Counted from the first letter of the stretch, positions 7,673 through 17,678 are shown. The stretch: 32,000 nt of DNA from Acidothermus cellulolyticus 11B (GCF_000015025.1 NC_008578.1:1500001-1532000), one strand, 5' to 3'. The notes: generated by a model from the letters alone, not told the origin. Translations and numbers: made by a program.

Positions 7673-9832
7673 ATGGCAGACAAGGCGTCGAGCGGATCTG
7701 CGGCGGCCGCCGGCAGAGTACCGGTGGTCGACCAACCCGAGCGGATTCGCAATGTGGTGTTGGTCGGCCATTCCGGAGCTGGCAAGACAACGTTGGTGGA
7801 GGCGTTGCTCCTCGCCGCCGGTGTCATCAACCGGATGGGGCGGGTGGAGGACGGCACCACGGTGACGGATTTTGATGAGGCGGAAATTCGTCAACAGCGG
7901 TCGATTTCACTGGCGCTCGCGCCGCTGGAATTCGACGGCGTCAAGGTCAATCTTCTGGACGCGCCGGGATACGCGGATTTTGTCGGGGATTTGCGGGCGG
8001 GGCTCCGGGCCGCGGACGCCGCACTGTTCGTCACGTCGGCGGCGGACGGCATCGACGGCTCGACCCGGATGCTCTGGGAGGAGTGCGGCCGGGTGGGCAT
8101 GCCGCGGGCCGTCGTCGTCACCAAACTGGATTCGCAGCGGGGGAATTTCGACGAGGTGGTCGCTGAATGTCAACGCGCGTTCGGCAATGGAGTGGCGCCG
8201 CTGTACGTACCTGTGCGGCCGGCTCCGGACGCGCCGCCGTCCGGTCTCCTGGGTCTGCTGTCCGGGCAGGTCGCCGAATATCGCGAGGGACGCCGTGAGG
8301 TGCGGCCGGCCGCCGACGAGCAATGGCGCGCGGCCGAAGCGGTGCGCAACAGTCTGATCGAGGGCATTATTTCGGAGAGTGAAGACGAAACCCTGATGGA
8401 CCGCTATTTGGCCGGCGAGGAGATCGACGAAAAGACGGTCATTGCGGACCTGGAAAAGGCCGTGGCCCGCGGGTCGTTTTATCCCGTGCTCGGCGCATGC
8501 GCGCCGAGCGGTTTAGGTACCGTGGAGATTCTCGAACTCATCACCCGGGCTTTTCCATCTCCGGTTGAGCGGCCGATTCCGCCGGTGATGAGCTTGTACG
8601 GCGGTCCGCAGCGGGAATTGTCCTGCGATCCGAAAGGACCCCTCGCCGCTGAGGTCGTCAAGACCACGTCCGACCCTTACGTGGGACGCATTTCGTTGGT
8701 GCGGATTTTCTCCGGGACGCTTCGCCCGGACACCACCGTGCACGTTTCCGGCCACGGCATGGTGGACCGCGGACACGAGGACCACGATGTCGATGAACGG
8801 ATCGGCGCACTGAGCTGCCCGCTCGGCAAGACGATGCGGCCGATTCCCCACGGCATTGCAGGGGACATTGTCGCCATCGCGAAATTGAGCCGTGCGGAGA
8901 CCGGCGACACCCTCTCCGACAAAGACACTCCCCTGCTGATGAGCCCGTGGGAAATGCCGGAGCCGCTCCTGCCGGTGGCGATTCATGCGAAATCCAAGTC
9001 GGACGAGGACAAGCTCTCCCAGAGCATCAACCGGCTGGCCGCCGAGGATCCGACCTTGCGGATCGAAATGAACGCCGAGACCCACCAGTTGGTGCTCTGG
9101 TGCATGGGCGAGGCGCACGCGGACGTCGTCCTCGACCGGTTGAAGAGCCGGTACGGGGTGGAAGTGGAGACCGTGCCGCTGCGGGTACCGCTCCGGGAAA
9201 CGTTCGCCACCAAGGCGACGGGTCACGGCCGCCACGTCAAACAGTCCGGCGGTCACGGCCAGTATGGAATTTGCGACATCGAAGTGGAACCGCTGCCCGA
9301 AGGGAGCGGTTTCGAATTCGTCGACAGAATTGTCGGCGGTGTCATTCCGAAACAGTTCATCCCGTCGGTGGAGAAGGGCATTCGCGCCCAGATGGAGAAA
9401 GGCGTCGTCGCCGGGTATCCGGTGGTGGATATTCGGGTGACCTTGGTCGACGGCAAGACGCATCCGGTGGACTCGTCGGATATTGCGTTTCAACTTGCCG
9501 GGGCGCTTGCGCTCAAAGAGGCGGCGAAATCGGCGCAGATGCTCATTCTGGAACCGGTCGATGAGGTCGGCGTCCTGGTGAGCGATGAGTACGTCGGCGC
9601 GGTGATGAGCGACCTCTCCGGACGACGGGGCCGGGTTACCGGAACCGAACCCGTCGGGCAGGGCCGCACGCTGGTCAAGGCGGAAGTGCCGGAAATTGAA
9701 ATCACTAGGTACGCGGTGGATTTGCGGTCCCTTTCCCACGGCACCGGGACGTTCACCCGCAAACGGCTGCGTTACGAGCCGATGCCGGCTCACCTCGCAC
9801 AGAAGGTCATCGCCGAATACAAGGAGGAGTAA
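7673..9832 (+). CDS. Elongation factor G paralog (EF-G2-like translational GTPase)
   Basis: AAGGAGG lies 5 nt before ATG 7673. G1 is GHSGAGKTT, G3 is DAPGYADF and G4 is TKLD. EF-G domains II-V are recognisable (for example HGRHVKQSGGHGQYG and IPKQFIPSVEKG). The 431 codons upstream in the same ORF are low-complexity shadow. Confidence 0.88.
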   Translation: MADKASSGSAAAAGRVPVVDQPERIRNVVLVGHSGAGKTTLVEALLLAAGVINRMGRVEDGTTVTDFDEAEIRQQRSISLALAPLEFDGVKVNLLDAPGYADFVGDLRAGLRAADAALFVTSAADGIDGSTRMLWEECGRVGMPRAVVVTKLDSQRGNFDEVVAECQRAFGNGVAPLYVPVRPAPDAPPSGLLGLLSGQVAEYREGRREVRPAADEQWRAAEAVRNSLIEGIISESEDETLMDRYLAGEEIDEKTVIADLEKAVARGSFYPVLGACAPSGLGTVEILELITRAFPSPVERPIPPVMSLYGGPQRELSCDPKGPLAAEVVKTTSDPYVGRISLVRIFSGTLRPDTTVHVSGHGMVDRGHEDHDVDERIGALSCPLGKTMRPIPHGIAGDIVAIAKLSRAETGDTLSDKDTPLLMSPWEMPEPLLPVAIHAKSKSDEDKLSQSINRLAAEDPTLRIEMNAETHQLVLWCMGEAHADVVLDRLKSRYGVEVETVPLRVPLRETFATKATGHGRHVKQSGGHGQYGICDIEVEPLPEGSGFEFVDRIVGGVIPKQFIPSVEKGIRAQMEKGVVAGYPVVDIRVTLVDGKTHPVDSSDIAFQLAGALALKEAAKSAQMLILEPVDEVGVLVSDEYVGAVMSDLSGRRGRVTGTEPVGQGRTLVKAEVPEIEITRYAVDLRSLSHGTGTFTRKRLRYEPMPAHLAQKVIAEYKEE

Positions 9833-9942
9833 CAGGCTCGTGCCGGAAGGGTCGTCGGGACGCCGGCGCGAACGCTGCCGCGGCTGGGACGCTGCCGCGG
9901 CCGAACACCGGCACGGCCAAGACGCCGACACGGCTGGACGCT

Positions 9943-9964
9943 GGCGCGCGCCGAAACGCGCGCC
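9943..9964. terminator. GC hairpin between the convergent EF-G paralog and HIT gene (possible bidirectional terminator)
   Basis: GGCGCGCG (9943-9950), loop CCGAAA, CGCGCGCC (9957-9964): a perfect 8-bp stem. No U-tract. Confidence 0.35.
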
Positions 9965-9985
9965 GAAGGGCGGCCGGCGGGCCGG

Positions 9986-10747
9986 TCACGCCGAGGTTTC
10001 CGCCCAGGTTTTGGCCAACAATTCCCTGGTGTCGCGGAGAAGTTGCGGCAGAACCCGGGTCCGCCCGATCACCGGCATGAAATTCGTATCCCCGCCCCAC
10101 CGCGGAACGATGTGCTGGTGGAGATGCGCGGCGATCCCAGCGCCGGCGACCGGCCCGAGGTTGATGCCAATGTTGAAGCCGTGCGGATTCGACGCAACCC
10201 GCAGCACCCGGACGGCCCGCTGGGTGAACGCCATGAATTCTGCCGCTTCGTCGGCGCGCAGGTCGGTGAGGTCGGGAATGTGCCGGTAGGGGACGACGAG
10301 CAGGTGTCCGGCGTTGTAGGGAAAAAGGTTGAGGACAGCGTAGACGAGTGTTCCGCGGGCGACCACGAGGGCCTCGTCGTCCGGCTGATTGACCGCCACG
10401 CAGAACGGGCAGACCGACGGATCATTAGGGTCACCGGCCGGTTTTGCCTCCCCGCGGATGTACGGCAGGCGGTGCGGCGTCCAAATGCGGGTGAACCCGT
10501 CCGGGACGCCGACCCCTACCCCGGTGTCGTGACCCGGATCGGCGGTTGGCTGCTCCGCCGTATCTGCCGCGGCCGCACCCAGATCGGCGGTGGGTTGTTC
10601 CGCGGTATCTCCACCCGTACCGGCGCGGATCCGCGACCCGCTGTCCAGCCCGGCATCACCGGGTTGGCGTGCCGCGCCGGGCGAATTCCCAGCGGTGGCA
10701 GCCGACGTGTGCGGACGGATGGTGTCGTCGCTGGTCATGGGGGTCAC
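9986..10747 (-). CDS. HIT-family nucleotide hydrolase/phosphorylase (Rv2613c-like) with a low-complexity N-terminal extension
   Basis: Histidine triad [12 protein letters not shown], plus CPFC and [18 protein letters not shown] 10747 overlaps the thrS stop as GTGA; ATG 10738 is an alternative. The N-terminal ~85 aa are Ala/Gly/Thr-rich and carry the duplicated DTAEQPTAD. Confidence 0.8.
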   Translation of the reverse strand: MTPMTSDDTIRPHTSAATAGNSPGAARQPGDAGLDSGSRIRAGTGGDTAEQPTADLGAAAADTAEQPTADPGHDTGVGVGVPDGFTRIWTPHRLPYIRGEAKPAGDPNDPSVCPFCVAVNQPDDEALVVARGTLVYAVLNLFPYNAGHLLVVPYRHIPDLTDLRADEAAEFMAFTQRAVRVLRVASNPHGFNIGINLGPVAGAGIAAHLHQHIVPRWGGDTNFMPVIGRTRVLPQLLRDTRELLAKTWAETSA

Positions 10748-12801
10748 ACCTGAATGCGCCGGTCGATGGCATCGCGGATTTCGGCGACGGCGTCAGCAAT
10801 CGGCACGCCGTTCTTCTGGGATCCATCGCGGTATCGGAAGGAAACGGCGTGGCGGGCGATGTCGTCGTCGCCGGCAATAAGCAGGTACGGGATTTTCTGC
10901 TTGGCGGCGTTGCGAATCTTCTTCTGCATCCGGTCATCGGAGTCGTCGACCTCGTAGCGGATGCCGGCGGCGCGAAGGGACGCACCGACGGTGTCCCGCA
11001 AATACGGCACGTGCGCGTCGCTCACCGGGATCCCGACGGCCTGCACCGGGGCGAGCCACGGTGGGAACGCTCCGGCGTAGTGTTCGAGCAGGACGCCGAA
11101 GAACCGCTCGATGGAACCGAAGAGCGCACGGTGAATCATGACCGGCCGTTGCCGGGTGCCGTCGGCGGCCTGGTATTCCAGGTCGAAACGCTTCGGCAGG
11201 TTGAAATCCAGCTGGATCGTGGAGATCTGCCAGCTTCGGCCGATGGCGTCCCGGGCCTGCACGGAGATTTTCGGCCCGTAGTATGCCGCACCGCCTGGGT
11301 CGGGGACGAGCTCGAGGCCGGAGTCCCGTGCCGCGGCTTCCAGTGCTTCGGTGGCTTGCGCCCAATCGGCCGGGTCACCGACGAATTTCGGGGAGTCGTC
11401 GCGGGTGGAGAGCTCGAGGTAGAAGTCGGTGAGCCCGTAGTCGCGGAGCAGGTCGAGGACGAAGCGGAGGAGGTCGCGGAGTTCGGCGCCCATCTGCTCG
11501 CGGGTGCAGAAAATGTGGGCGTCGTCCTGGGTGAAGCCCCGGGCCCGGGTGAGGCCGTGGACGACACCGGATTTCTCATACCGGTACACCGTGCCGAATT
11601 CGAAGAGCCGCATCGGCAATTCGCGGTACGAGCGGCCGCGGGACCGGTAAATAAGAATGTGCATCGGGCAGTTCATCGGTTTGAGGTAGTAGGTGACCCC
11701 GCCGTCAAGCTCGAAGGGCGGGAACATTCCTTCGGCGAAAGACTGCAGATGCCCGGAGGTGGCGAAGAGATCGTGCTTGGTGATGTGCGGCGTATTGACG
11801 AACAGATAACCGGCCTTTTCGTGCTGCAACCGAGAGTAATTCTCCATTTCCCGGCGGATGATGCCGCCTTTGGGGTGGAAGACGGCGAGGCCGGAGCCGA
11901 TTTCGTCGGGAAAACTGAACAGGTCGAGTTCGACGCCGAGCCGCCGGTGGTCGCGTCGTTCAGCTTCGCGGAGCAGGTCGAGGTATTTCTGCAGCGCGTC
12001 GCGAGATTCCCAGGCGGTGCCGTAAATCCGCTGCAACTGCGGGTTAGTTTCCCGGCCCCGCCAGTAAGCAGCAGCTGTGCGGGTGAGGGTAAAGGCAGGG
12101 ATGTGCCGGGTGCTGGGCAGGTGCGGGCCGCGGCAGAGGTCTTTCCAGGCAAGGCTGCCGTCGGGACGGAGGTTGTCGTAAATGGTGAGTTCTTCCCCGC
12201 CGATTTCCGCACCGGCGCCTTCGGTGTCCGCGGCGGCGGATTTCACCGAAATGAGCTCGAGTTTGTACGGTTCGCCGGCGAGCTCGGTGCGGGCTTGCTC
12301 GTCGGTGACGACCCGCCGGCGGAAAATCTGGCCTTCCCGGATGATGTCCCGCATCCGCTGTTCGATCCGCCGCAGGTCGTCGGGGGTGAACGGCTGAGCG
12401 GTGTCGAAGTCGTAGTAGAAGCCGTTCTCGATCGGCGGACCGATGCCGAGCCGGGTGCCGGGGAAGAGCGCCTGCACCGCTTGAGCGAGGACGTGCGCGG
12501 TGGAGTGGCGGAGGATGCTCCGCCCGTCGGGCGTGTCGATCCGGACCGGTTCCACCTCGTCACCGTCGGCGAGCACGGTGGCAAGGTCGCGGAGCACCCC
12601 GTTGATCCGGACGGCGATCACGGCCCGGTCGTCGAAGAGGGTGGCCGCGGTGGCGCCGACCGGTACCTCGCGCGGTTCACCACCGACCCGCACCCGGAGT
12701 GTCGCGGGCTCACCGGCGGGCGCGGATCGCCCGGGGGCGCGTTCGGTGCCGGCGAGTGCGGAGTCCGACGCGTGGTTCGGCTCGGGGTTCGGTTCGGTCA
12801 C
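10744..12801 (-). CDS. thrS: Threonine--tRNA ligase
   Basis: 685 aa with a TGS domain, the editing-domain [12 protein letters not shown], class II motifs (FRRE..., [13 protein letters not shown]) and a C-terminal anticodon-binding domain. GTG 12801 has GAGGAG upstream. Confidence 0.95.
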   Translation of the reverse strand: MTEPNPEPNHASDSALAGTERAPGRSAPAGEPATLRVRVGGEPREVPVGATAATLFDDRAVIAVRINGVLRDLATVLADGDEVEPVRIDTPDGRSILRHSTAHVLAQAVQALFPGTRLGIGPPIENGFYYDFDTAQPFTPDDLRRIEQRMRDIIREGQIFRRRVVTDEQARTELAGEPYKLELISVKSAAADTEGAGAEIGGEELTIYDNLRPDGSLAWKDLCRGPHLPSTRHIPAFTLTRTAAAYWRGRETNPQLQRIYGTAWESRDALQKYLDLLREAERRDHRRLGVELDLFSFPDEIGSGLAVFHPKGGIIRREMENYSRLQHEKAGYLFVNTPHITKHDLFATSGHLQSFAEGMFPPFELDGGVTYYLKPMNCPMHILIYRSRGRSYRELPMRLFEFGTVYRYEKSGVVHGLTRARGFTQDDAHIFCTREQMGAELRDLLRFVLDLLRDYGLTDFYLELSTRDDSPKFVGDPADWAQATEALEAAARDSGLELVPDPGGAAYYGPKISVQARDAIGRSWQISTIQLDFNLPKRFDLEYQAADGTRQRPVMIHRALFGSIERFFGVLLEHYAGAFPPWLAPVQAVGIPVSDAHVPYLRDTVGASLRAAGIRYEVDDSDDRMQKKIRNAAKQKIPYLLIAGDDDIARHAVSFRYRDGSQKNGVPIADAVAEIRDAIDRRIQV

Positions 12802-12888
12802 GGGCGCTCCTCGCGGGATCGTCGTTCGCTGCCTGCCGTGCCGATGCTAGTGCGCCGCCGGACCGGGCCATGACACCCGGCGTGGGCC

Positions 12889-13008
12889 GCGCGGCACGGC
12901 GGTGGGCTCGGTCGGGGCGCGCGCTACGGCTGCGGGCTGGATCGGGGCACGCGACAAGGCGGCGGGCTAGGTCAAGGCACGCCCCACGTCGCGGGCTGCG
13001 TGCTGGCC
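12889..13008. repeat. About four degenerate 30-bp tandem repeats upstream of thrS
   Basis: Units at 12889, 12919, 12949 and 12979: GCGCGGCACGGCGGTGGGCTCGGTCGGGGC / GCGCGCTACGGCTGCGGGCTGGATCGGGGC / ACGCGACAAGGCGGCGGGCTAGGTCAAGGC / ACGCCCCACGTCGCGGGCTGCGTGCTGGCC. Confidence 0.75.
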
Positions 13009-13158
13009 CGGGCTGGAAGCTGGGTCCGTCCGGTTGGCGAACGCTAAGCTGCAGTCCTCCGACGGGTGGAGCTGACACCTGTCGCGAATATGCCGACAAT
13101 GCCACAGACGTTGGTCGTCCACGGTGATCGTGGTCAACCGCGACGCCGCAAGACGGCT

Positions 13159-14211
13159 TCACGCCGGGTGGAATCGCGGGCGAATCGATCCGCGCTCGCG
13201 AAGCGGCATGCGGATGCGGTAACGCCCTGGCGCCGGCCGACGCTCTCCGCGTATCTCTTTGAGCAAAAGTTCGACGGCGGTTCGGCCCAGCTCATAGTGC
13301 GGAAGAGCGACGGTCGTCAGCGGCGGCCGAACCCACGTCGCATAGATATCGTCATCGAAGGAGACGACTGATACGTCGTCGGGCACCCGGAGGCCGGCGT
13401 CGGCCAGTGCTTGGTAGGCACCGAGGGCCAAGCGGTCATTGAAGCAGATGAGTGCGGAGAGCTCCCGCACCTCTCTGAGCAGCCGGTGGGTCGCTTCCCA
13501 ACCGTGATGTGGTTGCCAGTCGTCGCAGCCTACGGCAGCAGCGATGTCGATTCCCTCTGCCGTGAAGACTTCTTCGATGCCCTGAAAACGTTCAATGGCC
13601 GCGAGACTATCGGTGCGGGTCCGTCCAGGTCCCACTCCGATAAGTCCGATGCCCTCACGATGTCCCGCCTCGAGCAAGGCGCGCGCCGCCGTGCGACCCC
13701 CTTCGATCTCGTCTGGTACGACGGAAACGATCGGCTTAGGACGGGCCGGTACCGCGTTGAGCAGAATCGAGGGCCGCTCGCCAAGCGACTTCGGGGGGAG
13801 CAGGGCACGCGTGTACATGGAGGCGAGGACAATTCCATCGACCTGCCGGTCGACCATCGCCTGGACCAGCTCTTGCTCTAATTCAGGATCTCCCTCGGAT
13901 TCAGCGATAAAGAGTAAATAGCCATGCTCGCGAGCAGCGTCCAAGGCACCCCAGATCAAGTGGCCCGCGAACGGCGCCGTGGAGATCGTATCCGAGACCA
14001 ATCCGATCGTATGCGTCGTCCCCGTGCGCAGACTCCGGGAGACGGCGTTCGGCCGGTAGTCCAAGACACGCACGGCATGGAGCACCCGCGCCTCGACGTC
14101 CGCCGAGATTCGCATGTCTTCTCGGCGCCCCGAGAGGACGAAGGACGCAGCCGTCTGCGAAACACCGGCAAGACGTGCGACGTCCGCGAGGGTAACCCGC
14201 TTCTTTGCCAT
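13159..14211 (-). CDS. LacI-family transcriptional regulator
   Basis: N-terminal HTH VTLADVARLAGVSQTAASFVLSG...YRPN, followed by a periplasmic-binding-protein-like sugar-binding core. Divergent from the sugar ABC genes. Confidence 0.92.
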   Translation of the reverse strand: MAKKRVTLADVARLAGVSQTAASFVLSGRREDMRISADVEARVLHAVRVLDYRPNAVSRSLRTGTTHTIGLVSDTISTAPFAGHLIWGALDAAREHGYLLFIAESEGDPELEQELVQAMVDRQVDGIVLASMYTRALLPPKSLGERPSILLNAVPARPKPIVSVVPDEIEGGRTAARALLEAGHREGIGLIGVGPGRTRTDSLAAIERFQGIEEVFTAEGIDIAAAVGCDDWQPHHGWEATHRLLREVRELSALICFNDRLALGAYQALADAGLRVPDDVSVVSFDDDIYATWVRPPLTTVALPHYELGRTAVELLLKEIRGERRPAPGRYRIRMPLRERGSIRPRFHPA

Positions 14212-14224
14212 GGTGATCCGCAGT

Positions 14225-14244
14225 GTAACGCGATGAAACGTTAC
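14225..14244. promoter_or_regulatory. Candidate LacI-type operator (inverted repeat GTAACG-N8-CGTTAC)
   Basis: GTAACG at 14225-14230 and CGTTAC at 14239-14244, containing a TGAAACGTTAC core that resembles LacI/GalR half-sites. It lies in the divergent region between lacI and the binding-protein gene. Confidence 0.35.
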
Positions 14245-14254
14245 CCAGTAGGGC

Positions 14255-14283
14255 TTGACAGGTTCAGCAGCCTCATGGAGAAT
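14255..14283 (+). promoter_or_regulatory. Candidate promoter for the sugar ABC operon (TTGACA-17 nt-GAGAAT)
   Basis: TTGACA at 14255-14260, a 17-nt spacer, and GAGAAT at 14278-14283 preceded by TG. Pattern only. Confidence 0.3.
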
Positions 14284-14433
14284 GCCATCTGACCGTGCTA
14301 ATACGCTTTAGCTGGACGGAGTAGCGATCGGCTTACGTTGATTGCACCGTCCACGACCGGTGAGGAGACCCTCGCTCGTTGCGTTCCCAGGCGCGCGGTG
14401 GCACGGCCGCGCCCTCAATTGAGGAGGCACGAC

Positions 14434-15870
14434 ATGATAGTCGACACTAACCGCGAGGTGAACCCGCGCCGCGGTTGGCGACGCGCAGGTCAGGTGACGG
14501 GTGTTGCCCTGGCACTGGCTCTCACGATTGCCGGCTGTAGCAGCGGGACAAAGACTTCGTCGTCACCGTCAACAAACCCACCGACGACATCGCCGTCGCA
14601 AAGCTCCAGTATCACGGCGTCGGGCGGGCCGCCAACCGAAGAGCAGGCATGCGGCACCAAGCCGGTAACCATGCAGGCGTACGTCGAAACGGGCTTCCCC
14701 GACGTTATCGACCTCATGCACCTATTCACCAAGCAGTACCCGAATGTGACGTGGAACATCCGGCAAGACCAATTCGCGGTCCTCACCCAGAATGCACCGC
14801 TCGTGCTCTCCGGGCCGAATCCGCCGGACATCATGCGTCTGCCACAGTTGAGCGGCCTTGTCCACGATCATCTTCTCAAGAACCTCGACTCCTACTATGA
14901 CGCGTACGGATGGAGCTCCTTCCCGTCGGCGCAGTTAGCGCAACTGCGGATGCCGCCGAGCGGTCACCCCAGAGGAAGCGGCTCTCTGTGGGCGATGGGC
15001 CTCAACTACAGCCTGACCGGTGTCTTCTACAACAAGACGCTGGCCGCGAAGATCGGAATGACCAGCCCGCCGAAGACGCTCGCCGAATTCGATGCGCTCC
15101 TCGCCAAGGCGAAGGCGGCGGGCCTCACGCCGATCGTCCAGTTCAACGGGGGCGCGACGGGTGGTCTGCTCTTTCCGCTGCAGCAACTCATGGCCGACTA
15201 CGGTCCGACAGACGCCATCAATAACTGGATCTTCCAGAAGCCCGGTGCCACGATTGACACGCCGTCCAATCTCGAAGCAGTCAAGCACCTCAAGCAATGG
15301 ATCGACAACGGCTACTTCAACAGCGACGCCAACGCCACCGACTACGCGAAGATGATGAGTAAGTTCGAACACGGCGAAGGTGTGTTCATGTTTGACGGTG
15401 ACTGGGAATCAGGAAATCTCGACAAACTCATGCCCGGCCAGGTCGGCTTCTTCCTCATGCCGCCGCTGAAGGAAGGCGACAAGTACGCAGCCATGTCCGC
15501 ACCCCTGACCTACGGAATTGCTGCGACCGCCAAGCATGCGGATTGCGCTGCCTTCTTCTTCAACTGGGTCGCGACCAACCCCGACGCTCGTCAGATGAAC
15601 GTCGAGGTCGGCGGGTCCAATCCCGGTGGTCCGCCGAATCTGCCGATCCCGGTCAAAGAAGGAACTCTCGTCGCACAGACACTGGCGGCAGGGAAGATCA
15701 TCGCTCAGGAGAACACGGCTATGGACTTCATTGCCAACGCGACCGGAGCGATCTATGCGCAGGCGTGGACACCCGAGGTTCAGAAACTGTTCGCCGGACA
15801 AGAGAGTCCTGAGGGTGTATTGCAGAAGGTCCAAGCCGCCTATGAACAGGAGATCAAGAGTGGTGCATAG
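14434..15870 (+). CDS. Carbohydrate ABC transporter solute-binding lipoprotein (family 1)
   Basis: GAGGAGG lies 6 nt before ATG 14434. The signal peptide ends in the lipobox LTIAGC, followed by a Ser/Thr/Pro linker. The body is typical of extracellular sugar-binding proteins. Confidence 0.88.
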   Translation: MIVDTNREVNPRRGWRRAGQVTGVALALALTIAGCSSGTKTSSSPSTNPPTTSPSQSSSITASGGPPTEEQACGTKPVTMQAYVETGFPDVIDLMHLFTKQYPNVTWNIRQDQFAVLTQNAPLVLSGPNPPDIMRLPQLSGLVHDHLLKNLDSYYDAYGWSSFPSAQLAQLRMPPSGHPRGSGSLWAMGLNYSLTGVFYNKTLAAKIGMTSPPKTLAEFDALLAKAKAAGLTPIVQFNGGATGGLLFPLQQLMADYGPTDAINNWIFQKPGATIDTPSNLEAVKHLKQWIDNGYFNSDANATDYAKMMSKFEHGEGVFMFDGDWESGNLDKLMPGQVGFFLMPPLKEGDKYAAMSAPLTYGIAATAKHADCAAFFFNWVATNPDARQMNVEVGGSNPGGPPNLPIPVKEGTLVAQTLAAGKIIAQENTAMDFIANATGAIYAQAWTPEVQKLFAGQESPEGVLQKVQAAYEQEIKSGA

Positions 15871-15909
15871 CTGACCCGGAAGTGTCAGCAGCCACAAAGG
15901 GGATGCTCC

Positions 15910-16857
15910 GTGAACCGTACGATGATCCAAGCGGTCAACACCGCCACCGATAGCGCCCCACGGCGGGCCCTCACCACGAGGGCCCGCCACCGGCCGTCAC
16001 ATCTCGGCTGGCTTTTCCTCATTCCGGCGCTCAGTGTGTATGGAATCTTCGTCCTGTGGCCCATCCTTCAAACCATCCGTTACTCCTTCTATTCATGGGA
16101 CGGCGTTGACAAGCCGCAATGGGCTGGGCTCCGCAACTTTCGGGCCGTATTCACCGATCCACAACTGACGTCCACGCTCGTGCATGTCGCCGAGCTGATT
16201 CTCTTCTTCACCGTCATCCCCGTCGGGCTCGGGCTCGTTCTCGCCGCCATCATGCAACGGGTGACGTCAAGAAGAGTGACATCGGTTGCACGCGCAGTCC
16301 TCATCTTGCCTCAGATCGTGCCGCTGGTAGCGGCCGGCATTGCGTGGAGCTGGGTCCTCTCGTCGTCCGGCGTGGTCAACCAAGTGCTGCAGGCAATCGG
16401 CCTTCGGCACATCACCCGTGCCTGGCTCGGCGACTTCACGACGGCGCTGCCCTCGGTCGGGCTGATCGGCGCATGGGTCTTGCTCGGACTCTGCACCGTC
16501 CTATTGTCCGTGGGAATGGGGAAGATTGACGCGAGTCTCTATGAAGCCGCCGTACTTGACGGAGCCGGACGCATACGCGAGTTCTTCGCCGTCACACTTC
16601 CCAGCATGCGCAATGAGATTGCCGTCTGCGTCACGGTGACGATGATTTCGGCACTCTCCGCGTTTGACATCGTCTACATCACCACGCAAGGCGGACCAGG
16701 TAACGCGACCATGGTCCCGGGCTTAAAGGTTTACCAATTGGCATTCTTCAATCGGCAAGTCGGGCTTGCGTCTGCGTTGGCTCTCGTTCTGATGGTCATC
16801 GTGATCCTCTGCATTATGCCGGTGCAATCGCTGTCGCGACGGAGTGGCGACGAATGA
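15910..16857 (+). CDS. Carbohydrate ABC transporter permease (MalF-like)
   Basis: Six predicted TM segments and the EAA loop LYEAAVLDGAGRIREFFAVTLPSMR. GTG 15910 has AAAGGGGA upstream. Confidence 0.88.
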   Translation: MNRTMIQAVNTATDSAPRRALTTRARHRPSHLGWLFLIPALSVYGIFVLWPILQTIRYSFYSWDGVDKPQWAGLRNFRAVFTDPQLTSTLVHVAELILFFTVIPVGLGLVLAAIMQRVTSRRVTSVARAVLILPQIVPLVAAGIAWSWVLSSSGVVNQVLQAIGLRHITRAWLGDFTTALPSVGLIGAWVLLGLCTVLLSVGMGKIDASLYEAAVLDGAGRIREFFAVTLPSMRNEIAVCVTVTMISALSAFDIVYITTQGGPGNATMVPGLKVYQLAFFNRQVGLASALALVLMVIVILCIMPVQSLSRRSGDE

Positions 16858-17678
16858 CGGAGAGACGTCAGGAAACCCTCATCAGCAGCGTCTTACTCGC
16901 TGCTGTCTTCGTGGTCACCTTGCTACCCTTCGCCAGCCTCTTCACCACTGCACTGCACACGTCAGGCACGTACCCCACGGGGCTCAGCTGGCCGAAGCAT
17001 CCGCAATGGCACAACTTCGTCGACGCGTTCCATGCCGCCGACATGGGGGCGATTTTCCTCTCCAGTACAAGCATTGTGCTCGGCGTCGTACCAGTCGCGA
17101 TCGTGCTTGCCACACTCGCCGGTTTCGCGTTAGGCCATCTGCGGCCGCGAGGCGGGCGCGCGGCGTTCGCGGTCTTTCTTGCCGGGCTGACCCTCCCGTT
17201 GGAGGGCGTCATCGTCCCGCTGTATTACGAGATCCGCGATTTTCACCTCTTGAACACCCGGTTTGCTATTATCCTGCCGCTTATCGGCCTCTACATGCCG
17301 TTCGCCGTCTACTGGATGCGCGCGCACTTCCTGGCGATGCCCAACGAGTTGTCCGAAGCCGCCCGCATCGACGGCGCCACGACGTGGCAGCTCTTCTGGC
17401 GGATACATCTGCCGCTCGCCCGTCCCGCCGTGACGGCACTCGGCATTCTCCTGACAATTTGGACGTGGAATCAGTTCTTGTTGGCGATCGTCCTGGTGGA
17501 CGATCCGAAGAAGCGCACGATGGCGGGTGCGCTCGGCGCATTCCAAGGCCAGTGGGGAACAAATATTCCACTGCTCGCTGCCGGTGCGCTGTTTATTCTT
17601 ACACCCATGCTCATCGTATTCCTCATATTCCAGAGAAACTTTGTCGTTGCTCTGCTGCAAGGATCGGTGAAGGGCTAG
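16854..17678 (+). CDS. Carbohydrate ABC transporter permease (MalG-like)
   Basis: ATGA start/stop overlap with the preceding permease. EAA loop LSEAARIDGATTWQLFWRIHLPLARP. Multiple TM segments. Confidence 0.9.
   Translation: MTERRQETLISSVLLAAVFVVTLLPFASLFTTALHTSGTYPTGLSWPKHPQWHNFVDAFHAADMGAIFLSSTSIVLGVVPVAIVLATLAGFALGHLRPRGGRAAFAVFLAGLTLPLEGVIVPLYYEIRDFHLLNTRFAIILPLIGLYMPFAVYWMRAHFLAMPNELSEAARIDGATTWQLFWRIHLPLARPAVTALGILLTIWTWNQFLLAIVLVDDPKKRTMAGALGAFQGQWGTNIPLLAAGALFILTPMLIVFLIFQRNFVVALLQGSVKG

Noticed and set aside
10546-12873. 775-aa plus-strand ORF
   Set aside because: It is antisense to thrS, which is unambiguous. The composition is Gly/Val/Arg/Asp-rich with no motifs.
12889-13008. Tandem repeats here, and at 19420-19554, 23787-23861 and 24437-24626, as CRISPR arrays
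   Set aside because: The units are contiguous or nearly so, with no unique spacers of CRISPR length. They are degenerate rather than precise, have short or irregular periods, and no cas genes lie nearby.
12802-13158. T-box or other known riboswitch leader for thrS
   Set aside because: I found no T-box consensus (plus-strand equivalent of AGGGTGGTACCGCG) or specifier-loop architecture on the minus strand. Only the 30-bp repeats are present.
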